32,000 bases of DNA from Vibrio cholerae ATCC 14035 (GTDB lineage: Bacteria > Pseudomonadota > Gammaproteobacteria > Enterobacterales > Vibrionaceae), in contig NZ_JHXR01000004.1 in NCBI RefSeq assembly GCF_000621645.1, forward strand, positions 236,495 through 268,494, given 5' to 3'. This document shows, one piece after another, positions 9,240 through 18,369 of the stretch. The notes beneath the pieces are model-generated. The model searched no databases. It worked only from the letters and a program-made list of their open reading frames with translations, and was not told the origin of the DNA. Every line of letters begins with the position of its first letter. The stretch's first letter is position 1. The translations under genes were made by a program, and so were the position numbers.

Positions 9240-9492
9240 TATTATTTTCTCCTTTTCCGATGATGTTGGCCGCCGATAACCAAACTTTAAGTTCGGGATC
9301 ATTGGGCAACACAGTCACGCGAGGCTTCTCAAACATTAGTGCTTGTAATACCGCTGAGTGCACATGTTTGCAGTGCTTTAAATTAACACTAGACCCTGGT
9401 GTCGATTCCATCCATGTTAATAATGTTTCTGCCTCTTCAACTCCGACGTGATCGACTAAATAGGCCACTCGGTTTTTATATTCAACGGGCAT
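9232..9492 (-). CDS. Conserved-position 86-aa protein of unknown function, between cheA and cheY
   Basis: The ORF overlaps the cheA stop by 11 nt and the downstream cheY start by 8 nt (AAT GTC TAA / ATG TCT AAA), which is typical translational coupling. I cannot recognise a family by eye. Confidence 0.55.
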   Translation of the reverse strand: MPVEYKNRVAYLVDHVGVEEAETLLTWMESTPGSSVNLKHCKHVHSAVLQALMFEKPRVTVLPNDPELKVWLSAANIIGKGENNNV

Positions 9493-11767
9493 GTTTTACT
9501 ACCTCCTCAGTATCGAGCACTAAAAGGACACGCCCATCTCCCATAATGGCGGCACCACGGTAGATGGAGAATGTGGCCAAAGCACCCTCAAGAGGTTTGA
9601 TGATGACATCTTGTCCCTCTTGTAATCGATCTACGGCAAGTCCCAATACATCATCACCCACACGGACAACAAGAATAGGTTGGATGTCGGGATAAATTTG
9701 GGCAGAGTTCATCTCAAACGCACGCTTGAGATACAAAATAGGCACAGTTTCACCGCGTAAAATGAACGTATCGAGATTTTTTACACGGCGAATGTCTTTG
9801 TGTCGGGAAATTTTTAACGTTTGGATAACCGATTCAATGGGAATAGCAAAGGACTGCTGCTCAAGTTCAAACATCATGACGCGTGAAATGGTCATAGAAA
9901 GTGGCAGGATCATGGTAATTTCACTGCCTTTCCCCGGCTCTGAGGAGAGTGTGAGAGTGCCGCCGTTGCGTTCAATAGCCGTACGAACTGCATCCATACC
10001 CACACCGCGTCCTGAGAGATCACTGACTTGTTCAACCGTTGAAAAGCCGGGTTCAAAGATCAAGTGAATAATCTCTTGTTGGCTCATCCGCTCAAGTTTG
10101 CTCGCTTCCACTAACCCGCGTTCCAAAGCTTTGGTTTTGACGCGTTCGACATCAACGCCTTTACCATCATCACTCATCTTGATGATGACAGAATCATCAA
10201 GAGTAAAAGCGCTTAGAGTAATTTTTCCTGTTGGATTCTTCCCTTGTTCGCGACGTATGTCGGGTGATTCTATTCCGTGATCGAGGGCATTACGGATCAG
10301 ATGCACTAAAGGTTCGGAGAGATCTTCAACAATACTTTTATCTGCCTCAGTGTCTTCACCTTCGATGATCAGATCGACTTGTTTACCCAGTTTGCGTGAG
10401 ATATCGCGGATCAAGCGTGGGTAGCGTTGAAAAACGGTCGCAAGTGGTACCATGCGGACCTGCATCACAACAGACTGTAGGTCTTCAGCAAGACGCGATA
10501 TCACACTCTGTTCTGCTTTAATATCTTGTGCAAGTTTACGAACACCAAACTCATTTTCTGCACGATAGGCGAGATATTGCATCGAGTTTTTCGCAACAAT
10601 CAGCTCACCGACCAAATCCATCAATAAATCGACTTTTTCCTGATCCACCTTCAGTGTTTTTATCTGTTTTTTCTTCACCTTGTCTAACTGCTCGTTAACC
10701 GTGATAGCGGAGGGTTGAGCAGGTTCATTTTCGCATTTATCGATGATGGCGGTTCGATGAGCAAAAGAGAGTAAAATGTTATCAAACAAGGTGATAAGTT
10801 CATCGGCCGAGACAGATTCTGGCAAGGGAGCAGGGCGATCACTGATTTGTTGGCTCAGGGCACAGTAGAGATTTTTAATCGATAAGAAGGTACCAGCACG
10901 TACGGATTCCGAAACTTGTTCTTCTCTAAGCAACGCGATTTGTTGTTTAACAATTCGCTCGACATATTGTGTGCGCTGATCAATCGGTGCTGTGGGTAGG
11001 TTGTCCGATTGAATGCGGTAAAGGCGGTATTGGCCTTCTATCGGAGCAAGTTGCTGCTCTAGGTCTTTTTTCGCTGATTGAGTCAGCAGCAGAAACTGCA
11101 TTTGAGCCTGATAGGTATCGAAAGGCTCAGAATCTGGGATGAGCACTACTTTACGCCAAGAGACCTTTTCAACACTACGCATCCAAGCCAATGGGTCGTC
11201 CCCAGAGAAAAAGCACTGTTTATCGGGGGTATAAATCAAGAGTAAAGCATCGGGATGTTCCAAAAGCGCTTCTACATCGTTGAAGCAATCTCGTCCTAAT
11301 AGCTCCGTTAATTCACTGATGGATAGGGTGGCCGTCTCTTCTTGCGCCGCTACGGCAGGGGTAGGCGTGTGTGTTGGCGCGGCTTGAGTTAAAGGTGCTA
11401 ACTGAGCAATCATCTGTTTACTGATCGATACCGCCTCTGCTGAGAGCTCTTGGTGTTGTTCTAACTCTTCAATCCATAAGAGAAATTGGTCGCAGCAGCC
11501 CAACATCAGGTCAAGCATTGTGCCGTTTAAAGCCACATGTCCATCACGCACTTTTTGCATCAAATCTTCCATTCGATGCGCTAATTGGGTGAAAGGCGCA
11601 ATATTATCGAGAATACCTGAGGCTCCCTTTACGGTATGTATTTCTCGGAATAACTCGTTAATGATGGCTTTGTCATCGGGATTCGCTTCTAACGCAAGTA
11701 GACCTCGTGCCGCGGATTCAATTAAATCTCGGCTCTCGATGATGAAGTTTTGCATTATTGGGTTCAT
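9482..11767 (-). CDS. cheA: Chemotaxis histidine kinase CheA
   Basis: 761 aa. Hpt (P1) with HTVKGASG (His44), a dimerisation segment from about aa 372, HATPase_c (HLIRNALDHGIE, DDGKG, GRGVGMD) and a C-terminal CheW-like P5 domain. Confidence 0.92.
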   Translation of the reverse strand: MNPIMQNFIIESRDLIESAARGLLALEANPDDKAIINELFREIHTVKGASGILDNIAPFTQLAHRMEDLMQKVRDGHVALNGTMLDLMLGCCDQFLLWIEELEQHQELSAEAVSISKQMIAQLAPLTQAAPTHTPTPAVAAQEETATLSISELTELLGRDCFNDVEALLEHPDALLLIYTPDKQCFFSGDDPLAWMRSVEKVSWRKVVLIPDSEPFDTYQAQMQFLLLTQSAKKDLEQQLAPIEGQYRLYRIQSDNLPTAPIDQRTQYVERIVKQQIALLREEQVSESVRAGTFLSIKNLYCALSQQISDRPAPLPESVSADELITLFDNILLSFAHRTAIIDKCENEPAQPSAITVNEQLDKVKKKQIKTLKVDQEKVDLLMDLVGELIVAKNSMQYLAYRAENEFGVRKLAQDIKAEQSVISRLAEDLQSVVMQVRMVPLATVFQRYPRLIRDISRKLGKQVDLIIEGEDTEADKSIVEDLSEPLVHLIRNALDHGIESPDIRREQGKNPTGKITLSAFTLDDSVIIKMSDDGKGVDVERVKTKALERGLVEASKLERMSQQEIIHLIFEPGFSTVEQVSDLSGRGVGMDAVRTAIERNGGTLTLSSEPGKGSEITMILPLSMTISRVMMFELEQQSFAIPIESVIQTLKISRHKDIRRVKNLDTFILRGETVPILYLKRAFEMNSAQIYPDIQPILVVRVGDDVLGLAVDRLQEGQDVIIKPLEGALATFSIYRGAAIMGDGRVLLVLDTEEVVKHAR

Positions 11768-12138
11768 TTCAACCCCCCAAGCATCAAGGTAACAGTTTGT
11801 TGTAATTCTTCAGGATTCACAGGTTTCACCATATACAAGTTCGCTCCCATATGAATACCTTGTTGTCTATCGCTTTCTTGGGATTCGGTTGAGATCATGA
11901 CAGTCGGAATGCCCGCCAGCTCAGGGCGACAGCGTATTTCCCGAACGAGAGTAAAGCCATCCATCTTGGGCATATTGATATCCACCAGAAATAGGTCAAC
12001 GGGCATTTCTAGCGCTCGTTCTAAGGCTTCAACACCATTACTGGCTTCTAAAATGAATATTCCGATCTCTTCGAGTAAAGCTTTGTGATACATACGCACC
12101 GTAGAAGCGTCATCAACGACCATTACTTTTTTCATCAC
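11764..12138 (-). CDS. cheY: CheY-like single-domain response regulator (second copy)
   Basis: 124 aa with VMVVDDAS, FLVDINMPKMDG, ST and KP. Has 4-nt ATGA-type overlaps with both cheR and cheA. Confidence 0.88.
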   Translation of the reverse strand: MMKKVMVVDDASTVRMYHKALLEEIGIFILEASNGVEALERALEMPVDLFLVDINMPKMDGFTLVREIRCRPELAGIPTVMISTESQESDRQQGIHMGANLYMVKPVNPEELQQTVTLMLGGLK

Positions 12139-12980
12139 TTTTTCCCCTTGTGCGGTTTGTAGTATCCCGTTGATTTACGAAAGCGTTTTACATGAAAAAT
12201 TGAGGATATACGGCTCATCGACTCTGAGTGGCCGAGGAAGAGAACACCACCGGGATTGAGTTGCTCGTAAAAAGATTCCACTGCGTTACGGCGCGAAATA
12301 TCATCAAAATAAATCAACAGATTTCGGCAAAAAATAACATCCATAGCGCCTAATTTTTGAACTTCTGCTCGGTTGTTGAGGTTAGTTTGAGTAAAACGTA
12401 CCGATTGACGAATATCGTCAATTAATTGGTAACTGCCATCAGCCCGTAAGCTGAAATATTTGTTGAGAGAACTATTGGGTAAATTTTTAACAGAACGAGC
12501 ACTGAAAATACCTTGTGCTGCTTTTTGTAAAATGCCGGTATCAATATCTGAGGCGATAATTTCAATATCGACCTGTTCTAGCTTTGGCCAATGTTCCAGT
12601 AAAAACAGCACAATTGAATAGGGCTCTTCGCCACTAGAACAGGGCATAGACCATATGCGTATTAGCTCACCTGGCCTATGGCGTACGATGTCATCCAAAA
12701 CCTCTTCAACCAAGGACTCCAACTGACTGATCTCGCGGAAAAAATAGGTTTCATTGACGGTGAGTGCGTTGATAACGGCTTGCAGCTCTTCTCCGCTGGC
12801 TTGAAAGCGTAGATAAGTAAAATAACCACGAAAACTTTGGTGTTCGGTTAATTCAATGCGCTGTAATAAGCGTTTATCAACAAAATAACGTTTGCTGTTC
12901 TCAAAAAAAATGCCTGTTTTTTGATAAAAATAATCACGGAATCGGCAGAAGTCAGTATCGGTAATGACAATCTCATTCAT
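12135..12980 (-). CDS. cheR: Chemotaxis protein methyltransferase CheR
   Basis: 281 aa. N-terminal helical CheR_N, then the SAM-binding fold with IWSMPCSSGEEPYS and IFCRNLLIYF. Confidence 0.9.
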   Translation of the reverse strand: MNEIVITDTDFCRFRDYFYQKTGIFFENSKRYFVDKRLLQRIELTEHQSFRGYFTYLRFQASGEELQAVINALTVNETYFFREISQLESLVEEVLDDIVRHRPGELIRIWSMPCSSGEEPYSIVLFLLEHWPKLEQVDIEIIASDIDTGILQKAAQGIFSARSVKNLPNSSLNKYFSLRADGSYQLIDDIRQSVRFTQTNLNNRAEVQKLGAMDVIFCRNLLIYFDDISRRNAVESFYEQLNPGGVLFLGHSESMSRISSIFHVKRFRKSTGYYKPHKGKK

Positions 12981-12990
12981 AATGCTGACC

Positions 12991-13647
12991 TTAGGTATTT
13001 AACCGTTTGATAGCCACATCACAGGCAAAAACGAGATAGGGTACATGAGAAAATCGTTGCTTGACCTCCCCCAATATCGTCGAGAAGTTAGGGTCTGAGA
13101 GCTGAGCGACTCTGTCGATCGCTGTACCAATCACATTAATGTGTTCTTCGTGCTGGAGGACTTGCATTAACCATTCTGGCACCGATTGATGAGGTAAAAG
13201 CCCGATAATATCGATAGCAAAGATCCGAACATCAGGATCTTGATGGTTCAGTAAATCCTGAATGTGCCTTTCCAGCTGTTGCGGGCTATGTTGTAAAATC
13301 TCAATCGCTTGATTACGTAAATAGGGAGCTTCTGAATCGAGCAGGGGGATCAAACGAGTCGTGATTTCATCATTGTTTCGGATGGCTAACAGTGAGAAAA
13401 CAGCATCACTGCAAGGGTTTTGTTCTGTATCGCGATCGAGCAAAGTAAATAAAGCCGCTTGATGTTGTTGAAACTCAACTGAGTCCGCAGCTTCCAACTG
13501 ATGAATCGCACGTAAAATTTGCTCGAGGTCATCACCTTGTAGAGCTTCCATCAGCGCTTCTGCGCTCAGCACATCGATCTGCTCGGGAGTAGAAGGTATC
13601 TCAATATTTGGGTTGTCTGTAGCAGCGCTGCGTTTAATGATTGCCAT
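12991..13647 (-). CDS. HEAT/armadillo-like repeat protein of unknown function
   Basis: 218 aa and all-helical by composition. Repeated HEAT-like segments include EAPYLRNQAIEILQH and DPDVRIFAIDIIGLL. Its start overlaps the cheB stop by 14 nt. Confidence 0.7.
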   Translation of the reverse strand: MAIIKRSAATDNPNIEIPSTPEQIDVLSAEALMEALQGDDLEQILRAIHQLEAADSVEFQQHQAALFTLLDRDTEQNPCSDAVFSLLAIRNNDEITTRLIPLLDSEAPYLRNQAIEILQHSPQQLERHIQDLLNHQDPDVRIFAIDIIGLLPHQSVPEWLMQVLQHEEHINVIGTAIDRVAQLSDPNFSTILGEVKQRFSHVPYLVFACDVAIKRLNT

Positions 13648-14710
13648 AGTGAAGCTCCCTACTGGACTGTCTCACCACTTCGGTCATCAGATAAGCTAAG
13701 TGCTCTGGAGTTCCTGTTGGAATATGGGGTACACGTTTAAGTAATGCTTCCGGCATACTGGGGACTACGCAGGTTGTGGGTTCTTGGGCAAAAACAATAC
13801 CGTTTCCTTGAGCAACCTGAGCCATTTCATTGGCACCGTCGTCGCCCATTCCCGTTAGCATGACGCACAATAAGTTATCTTCTCCACAAGTGCGTATGGC
13901 GCTGGCAACCAGTTTGGAGACGCTGGGATGCCATGAAAAATGGCTATCATTTGGCGTGGGCATGGCAGCCAATTTACCATCACGTAGCGTGACAATGCAG
14001 TCTCGGTCACCCTTACAAACATAAACGGTACCAGCCTCAAGCACTAAAGCACGGTTAATCTCTTTCACGGGTTGTTGCAGATGGCGATTAAGCCTTTGTG
14101 CAAAGGCGGCAGTGAAGCTCTCTGGCATGTGTTGGTTAACAATAATAGGTAATGAGAAATCGGCGGGCAGATGGCGCAGTATCGTTTCAACAGTGCCGGG
14201 CCCTCCTGTCGAAACCCCCATGATCGCAAGCTGGTGGTCTTCATTATTTTCCACCACAGGTGACTTATGTTTGTGCTCTACTTCTGCTGGTGATACCGAA
14301 AGCTGCGTGTGAACTTTGACTCTCATTTTCGCTGCCGCGCGAACTTTTTCACGGATCAATGGTGCGACTTCTTGTAATCGACCGCAGATAGTGCCTCCGG
14401 GTTTGGCGACAAAGTCTACCGCACCAAGATAAAGCGCTTCGAGCGTTGTAATGGCACCTTCATGGGTGAGGGATGAGAGCATGACAATTGGCAAGGGACG
14501 TTCAACCATGATTTGCGTAAGGCAAGTTAGACCATCCATGTTGGGCATATTGATGTCTAACGTCATCACATCCGGTTGCCATTTCATCACTTTGTCGATG
14601 GCATCCATACCATCACGTGCTGTTTTAATCTGGGCATTCGGAATGTTTTGCAATATGTCGCTAATGGTGGTGCGCATTAACGCAGAATCATCGACAACTA
14701 AAATCTTCAT
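13634..14710 (-). CDS. cheB: Chemotaxis methylesterase/deamidase CheB (receiver + CheB catalytic domain)
   Basis: 358 aa. Receiver domain (KILVVDDSALMR, TLDINMPNMDG) plus catalytic domain (GVSTGGPG, MLTGMGDDGA). Confidence 0.92.
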   Translation of the reverse strand: MKILVVDDSALMRTTISDILQNIPNAQIKTARDGMDAIDKVMKWQPDVMTLDINMPNMDGLTCLTQIMVERPLPIVMLSSLTHEGAITTLEALYLGAVDFVAKPGGTICGRLQEVAPLIREKVRAAAKMRVKVHTQLSVSPAEVEHKHKSPVVENNEDHQLAIMGVSTGGPGTVETILRHLPADFSLPIIVNQHMPESFTAAFAQRLNRHLQQPVKEINRALVLEAGTVYVCKGDRDCIVTLRDGKLAAMPTPNDSHFSWHPSVSKLVASAIRTCGEDNLLCVMLTGMGDDGANEMAQVAQGNGIVFAQEPTTCVVPSMPEALLKRVPHIPTGTPEHLAYLMTEVVRQSSRELHYGNH

Positions 14711-14730
14711 GTTCCCTCCAGCCTTAAAAC

Positions 14731-16293
14731 TTAGCTATCCATATCGTTTGCAGCCATGTGTAACTTGTACATCTCGGTATTACTGATCAATTGATCGGCG
14801 GACAGTACTCCTATCATTCGAGGGCTGAGATTGACCATTTGGCGCATTAGTTGTGCTTGCTCTTCGCTCAACACGGGCGCATCTTCCAGCTGGGATTCCG
14901 GTATTCTTAATACTTCACTGACGGAATCGACGATAAAACCTGTTGAAATCTTCTCAAAATTCACAACTAAGATACGTTGGCGTTCATGGCGTGCCATCTC
15001 GGGTAGATGAAAACGCTTACGCATATCGACGATAGGTAAAACGTTACCGCGTAAATTAATCACTCCTTCGATAAAATCATCGGTTTTAGGAACGCGGCTG
15101 ATATTTTCTGGAATACGGATAATTTCTTGTACGGTATGAATGGAGATGCCAAATTCTTCTTTATCCAACTTAAAAATCACCAACTGCATGTCGGTATTGT
15201 CATCTTCTAGGATACTTACATCGTCGATCGTCGACATATCAGTTCCTTCCTGTGGGTAAGCTTCGGAGAATTGATCTACGATTTGAGCGTCAAAAAGTTG
15301 CTCTACAGAAATAACGCTGAGTGTGCGTCGGCCATCATCAAGATTACAAATGGCCGAAATGTCATTGGCTTGTCCCATCTTGCTCATGATTTCTGGAACG
15401 CTATCCATCACGTCCACATGCAGGCGTATGACTTCGCGTACGGCATCCACCACAACCCCCACGGGAAGCCGCTCTTTCTCTGAGAGGGATATATTCACCA
15501 CCAAGACACGGTGACTATCACTAAAGCTAATGCTGGGTAATCCAAACAGCGTTCTCAGACTGACCAATGGGAGCGTTTTGCCACGTAAATTGATCACTCC
15601 AAGAATGGCGGATTCAGTAAGAGGGACCTTGGTGATAATCTCGGGTATACGCACAATTTCTTGAGTGTCCTCTAGTGGAAAGGCGTATTCTTGCCCATCT
15701 ACCATGCAGCACACGAGCTGTCGCATGTCTTCATCATCATCTCGTTCTTCATCGGTCACATCCCCAAAATGAGACTGAGAAGAGAGGTGGTTAAAACGCT
15801 GCGTGCTTAATTCCAATTCTTCTTCGACAGAGTTGTCTAACAAACGATGACAATTCAGTACTTGGATAATCTGATTATCCGAGTGAATGGTGTTGGTAAT
15901 TAAGGTTGGGTCAATTTTGCCGCCCGCGGTATTGGTCGGCTTTATCATCTCAGGGTCAGGGGTTGCGACATTCACAACACGATCGACGGTGAATCCAATC
16001 TTGGTCTTGCCAATTGTAATGACAATCACTCGCGTGGCTTCCGTCGCAGAGGTTCTGTCCATGCACAGTAAAGTCCGTAGACACAGAACGGGAAGAATTT
16101 GTCCTCTTAAGTTGGATAATCCAATCAAATAACTGGGAGTGAGTGGTACTGAAAACGTAGTTGGGAGACGGATAATTTCTTCCACTTCTTGCATGTGTAA
16201 AGCAAAAAGCTCATCACCCAGCATGAAATTGACATACTGTGTGAGGTTCTCTTCATGCTCAAGTTCGTTGTCTACAAGGGCTTCACTGGTCAT
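14731..16293 (-). CDS. cheW: Scaffold protein with three tandem CheW domains
   Basis: 520 aa. Three internally repeated CheW-like units are each recognisable by the (I/V)(I/V)R(L/I)P...P......G(L/V)(S/I)NLRG..LP(V/L/I) core: EEIIRLP...GLSNLRGQILPV, QEIVRIP...GVINLRGKTLPL and QEIIRIP...GVINLRGNVLPI. Confidence 0.88.
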   Translation of the reverse strand: MTSEALVDNELEHEENLTQYVNFMLGDELFALHMQEVEEIIRLPTTFSVPLTPSYLIGLSNLRGQILPVLCLRTLLCMDRTSATEATRVIVITIGKTKIGFTVDRVVNVATPDPEMIKPTNTAGGKIDPTLITNTIHSDNQIIQVLNCHRLLDNSVEEELELSTQRFNHLSSQSHFGDVTDEERDDDEDMRQLVCCMVDGQEYAFPLEDTQEIVRIPEIITKVPLTESAILGVINLRGKTLPLVSLRTLFGLPSISFSDSHRVLVVNISLSEKERLPVGVVVDAVREVIRLHVDVMDSVPEIMSKMGQANDISAICNLDDGRRTLSVISVEQLFDAQIVDQFSEAYPQEGTDMSTIDDVSILEDDNTDMQLVIFKLDKEEFGISIHTVQEIIRIPENISRVPKTDDFIEGVINLRGNVLPIVDMRKRFHLPEMARHERQRILVVNFEKISTGFIVDSVSEVLRIPESQLEDAPVLSEEQAQLMRQMVNLSPRMIGVLSADQLISNTEMYKLHMAANDMDS

Positions 16294-16305
16294 AGTTCAC
16301 CTCAA

Positions 16306-18231
16306 TCAGATTGATTGAAGTTCATCGGCAACGGCGGCAATATTTTCAATTGCGGATGCCAGCTCCGAAGTACTTGAGCTTTGCTGACGAGCCGCAGTAG
16401 CGGCTTCACCCGTTGCATGAGAGGATTCTTCGGCTGCAGTGGCAATTTGTTGCATTCCCGCGCGTGCATCAGCAATCGAACGCTCGATGCCCTCGGCACT
16501 TTCAGAAATACGTTTACTTCCTAACACCACATCACTCATCCTAGAGCGAACATTATCCAGTTGTTTGATGGTCAGAGCTGCTTTTTGAGCCTCTTCCATC
16601 ACTGTCGAAAGGATGTCAGCTAAATCTTTACGAACAATGTTGATTTGCTCTTGGATATTCTTAACTTGATCTTTGATTTGTTCAGCGTTTTCAGCAGCAT
16701 CGTTGGCGAGGTTTTGAATATCGGTAGAAACAACAGCAAAACCTTTTCCATATTCACCTGCGCGTGCTGCCTCGACAGCACCATTCACAGCCAACATGGC
16801 GGTTTGAATGGAGACATTGGAAATACCATCGACGATTTTATCGATCTGTCGCGAAATACGTTCAATATTCGCCATTTCATTCAGATTTTCCGTTGCAGCT
16901 TTGGTAGATTCCGTAATGGCTAAGATCATCTCGTCAACAGTAGTTTTGTTTTCTTCTATACCTGTCAACATTTTCTCGCAAGCTTTCAGGCTGCTTTCTG
17001 CGCGTTCTTTACCAAGGCGAGCTCCTTGTTCTATCTGCGTTAAGCTAGTGATCCCGGTTTCAACCGACTTGGCCATATGTTGTGCACCAGAGCTGATCTG
17101 GTTGAGTGCACCCATAATTTCATTCGATGAGCGGTTGATCTCTTCAATGCCAGCAGAGAGCTCTTCGGCAGCGGCAGCGACTTCTTCAGATGATTTAACG
17201 ATATCGGTGGATGTGCGTAGCTCATCGGTTAATTCATCAAGTGACTGAGCTGCTGTGACAGCACCATCAAGCGCGATTTGTTGTTGATCTAGACTTTTTA
17301 AGCTCTCTTCACAGGCGGCCGACTGTTCTTGAGCGGCTTGTGAGACAGATTCGGAACCTTTTAAGGCAATAACTGCTGCAGAAGACATCTCATCCGCAGC
17401 TTTCAATAACACTTCTGAATCTTTCACTAAATCAACCATTTCATTGCGAATGAGCGTAAGTTGTTTATTGACGACATGGCCTTTCTGAACTTCACTTTCT
17501 GCTTTTTGAGAGCTTGATTTCACTCCGTTTGAAACCATTTCCGCACCGTTAGAAATGTCCTTGATGAGACTTTCAATGTTGGCCGCATTTTTTTCGGCCT
17601 TCTCAGCTAAGGTTCTAACTGTATCGGCCACCACCGCAAACCCTTTCCCATGTTTACCTGCACGACCCGCTTCAATCGCCGCATTCAACGCCAATAAGTT
17701 AGTTTGATCCGCGATATGTATGACTTGTTTCACTGCATCATTAATTTTGGCTGCTTGTTCGGAAAGTTCGATCATTCGTTTGACCGAATCGTTTTGTCGT
17801 TCTGAAGAGGTTTGGACGTTCGATACCATCTCATTGATTTTATTAGCCACATCAACAATATCTTGTTCGAGTTTAGTCAAAATTTGCTTAGATTGAGTGG
17901 CATAGGTGGCTTGTTCATTGATGAAGTTATTCATCTGTGATACCGCCGTTTCACTTTGTTTTGTAGCCGATGAAGATTCTTCCGCACCCACCGCAATCTG
18001 TTCCATAGAGCTACGTAGTTGAGTCATGGCAGAAGAACTTTCTTCTAATCCAGCCAATAATTCTGCTGTAGCAGAAGCCACTCGTTCGGCAGCTTGTTGT
18101 TTTCTGGCTAATGTTCTTGCTTGGCGACGCAAATCATCAGCTTCTTTTTTGGGGGCATTAGCCGAAGTGCTATGGTTGCTCGGACTAAATGATGAGCTAG
18201 CACTGGTAGTGATATGTTTCTTGAGCGCCAT
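16306..18231 (-). CDS. Soluble MCP with two complete signalling (hairpin-tip) domains, DosM-like
   Basis: 641 aa with no hydrophobic segment. Tip 1 is [26 protein letters not shown] (nt 17623-17700). Tip 2 is [27 protein letters not shown] (nt 16720-16800). The rest is coiled-coil-type low-complexity sequence. Confidence 0.88.
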   Translation of the reverse strand: MALKKHITTSASSSFSPSNHSTSANAPKKEADDLRRQARTLARKQQAAERVASATAELLAGLEESSSAMTQLRSSMEQIAVGAEESSSATKQSETAVSQMNNFINEQATYATQSKQILTKLEQDIVDVANKINEMVSNVQTSSERQNDSVKRMIELSEQAAKINDAVKQVIHIADQTNLLALNAAIEAGRAGKHGKGFAVVADTVRTLAEKAEKNAANIESLIKDISNGAEMVSNGVKSSSQKAESEVQKGHVVNKQLTLIRNEMVDLVKDSEVLLKAADEMSSAAVIALKGSESVSQAAQEQSAACEESLKSLDQQQIALDGAVTAAQSLDELTDELRTSTDIVKSSEEVAAAAEELSAGIEEINRSSNEIMGALNQISSGAQHMAKSVETGITSLTQIEQGARLGKERAESSLKACEKMLTGIEENKTTVDEMILAITESTKAATENLNEMANIERISRQIDKIVDGISNVSIQTAMLAVNGAVEAARAGEYGKGFAVVSTDIQNLANDAAENAEQIKDQVKNIQEQINIVRKDLADILSTVMEEAQKAALTIKQLDNVRSRMSDVVLGSKRISESAEGIERSIADARAGMQQIATAAEESSHATGEAATAARQQSSSTSELASAIENIAAVADELQSI

Positions 18232-18342
18232 GGAAAACCTCGTTGTTTGCCATTGATGTAACAGATGTAATCCATCTCCAAAATGAGATATTCATCCAAG
18301 ATGTTAGATCAGTATAGACAATGATTTAAATTTTCCAGTTTC

Positions 18343-18369
18343 AAACTAATTAAATTTAAACTAATTAAA
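18343..18369. repeat. Tandem direct repeat AAACTAATTAAA x2 (15-bp period) in the AT-rich spacer
   Basis: Identical 12-mers at 18343-18354 and 18358-18369, separated by TTT. Confidence 0.6.

Noticed and set aside
18108-18299. 63-aa minus-strand ORF overlapping the start of the DosM-like gene. The 65-aa ORF at 16302-16499 overlapping its end is a similar case.
   Set aside because: These are alternative frames inside or adjacent to a strongly supported MCP gene. There is no independent support.
18343-18369. Similarity of the AAACTAATTAAAT repeats to the ArcA-P box (GTTAATTAAATGTTA). This was attractive because the accessory che cluster is reportedly induced at low oxygen.
   Set aside because: Only about 11 of 15 positions match, in a region that is almost pure A/T. 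The repeat period is 15 bp rather than the ~11 bp of ArcA direct repeats. That is too weak to claim.
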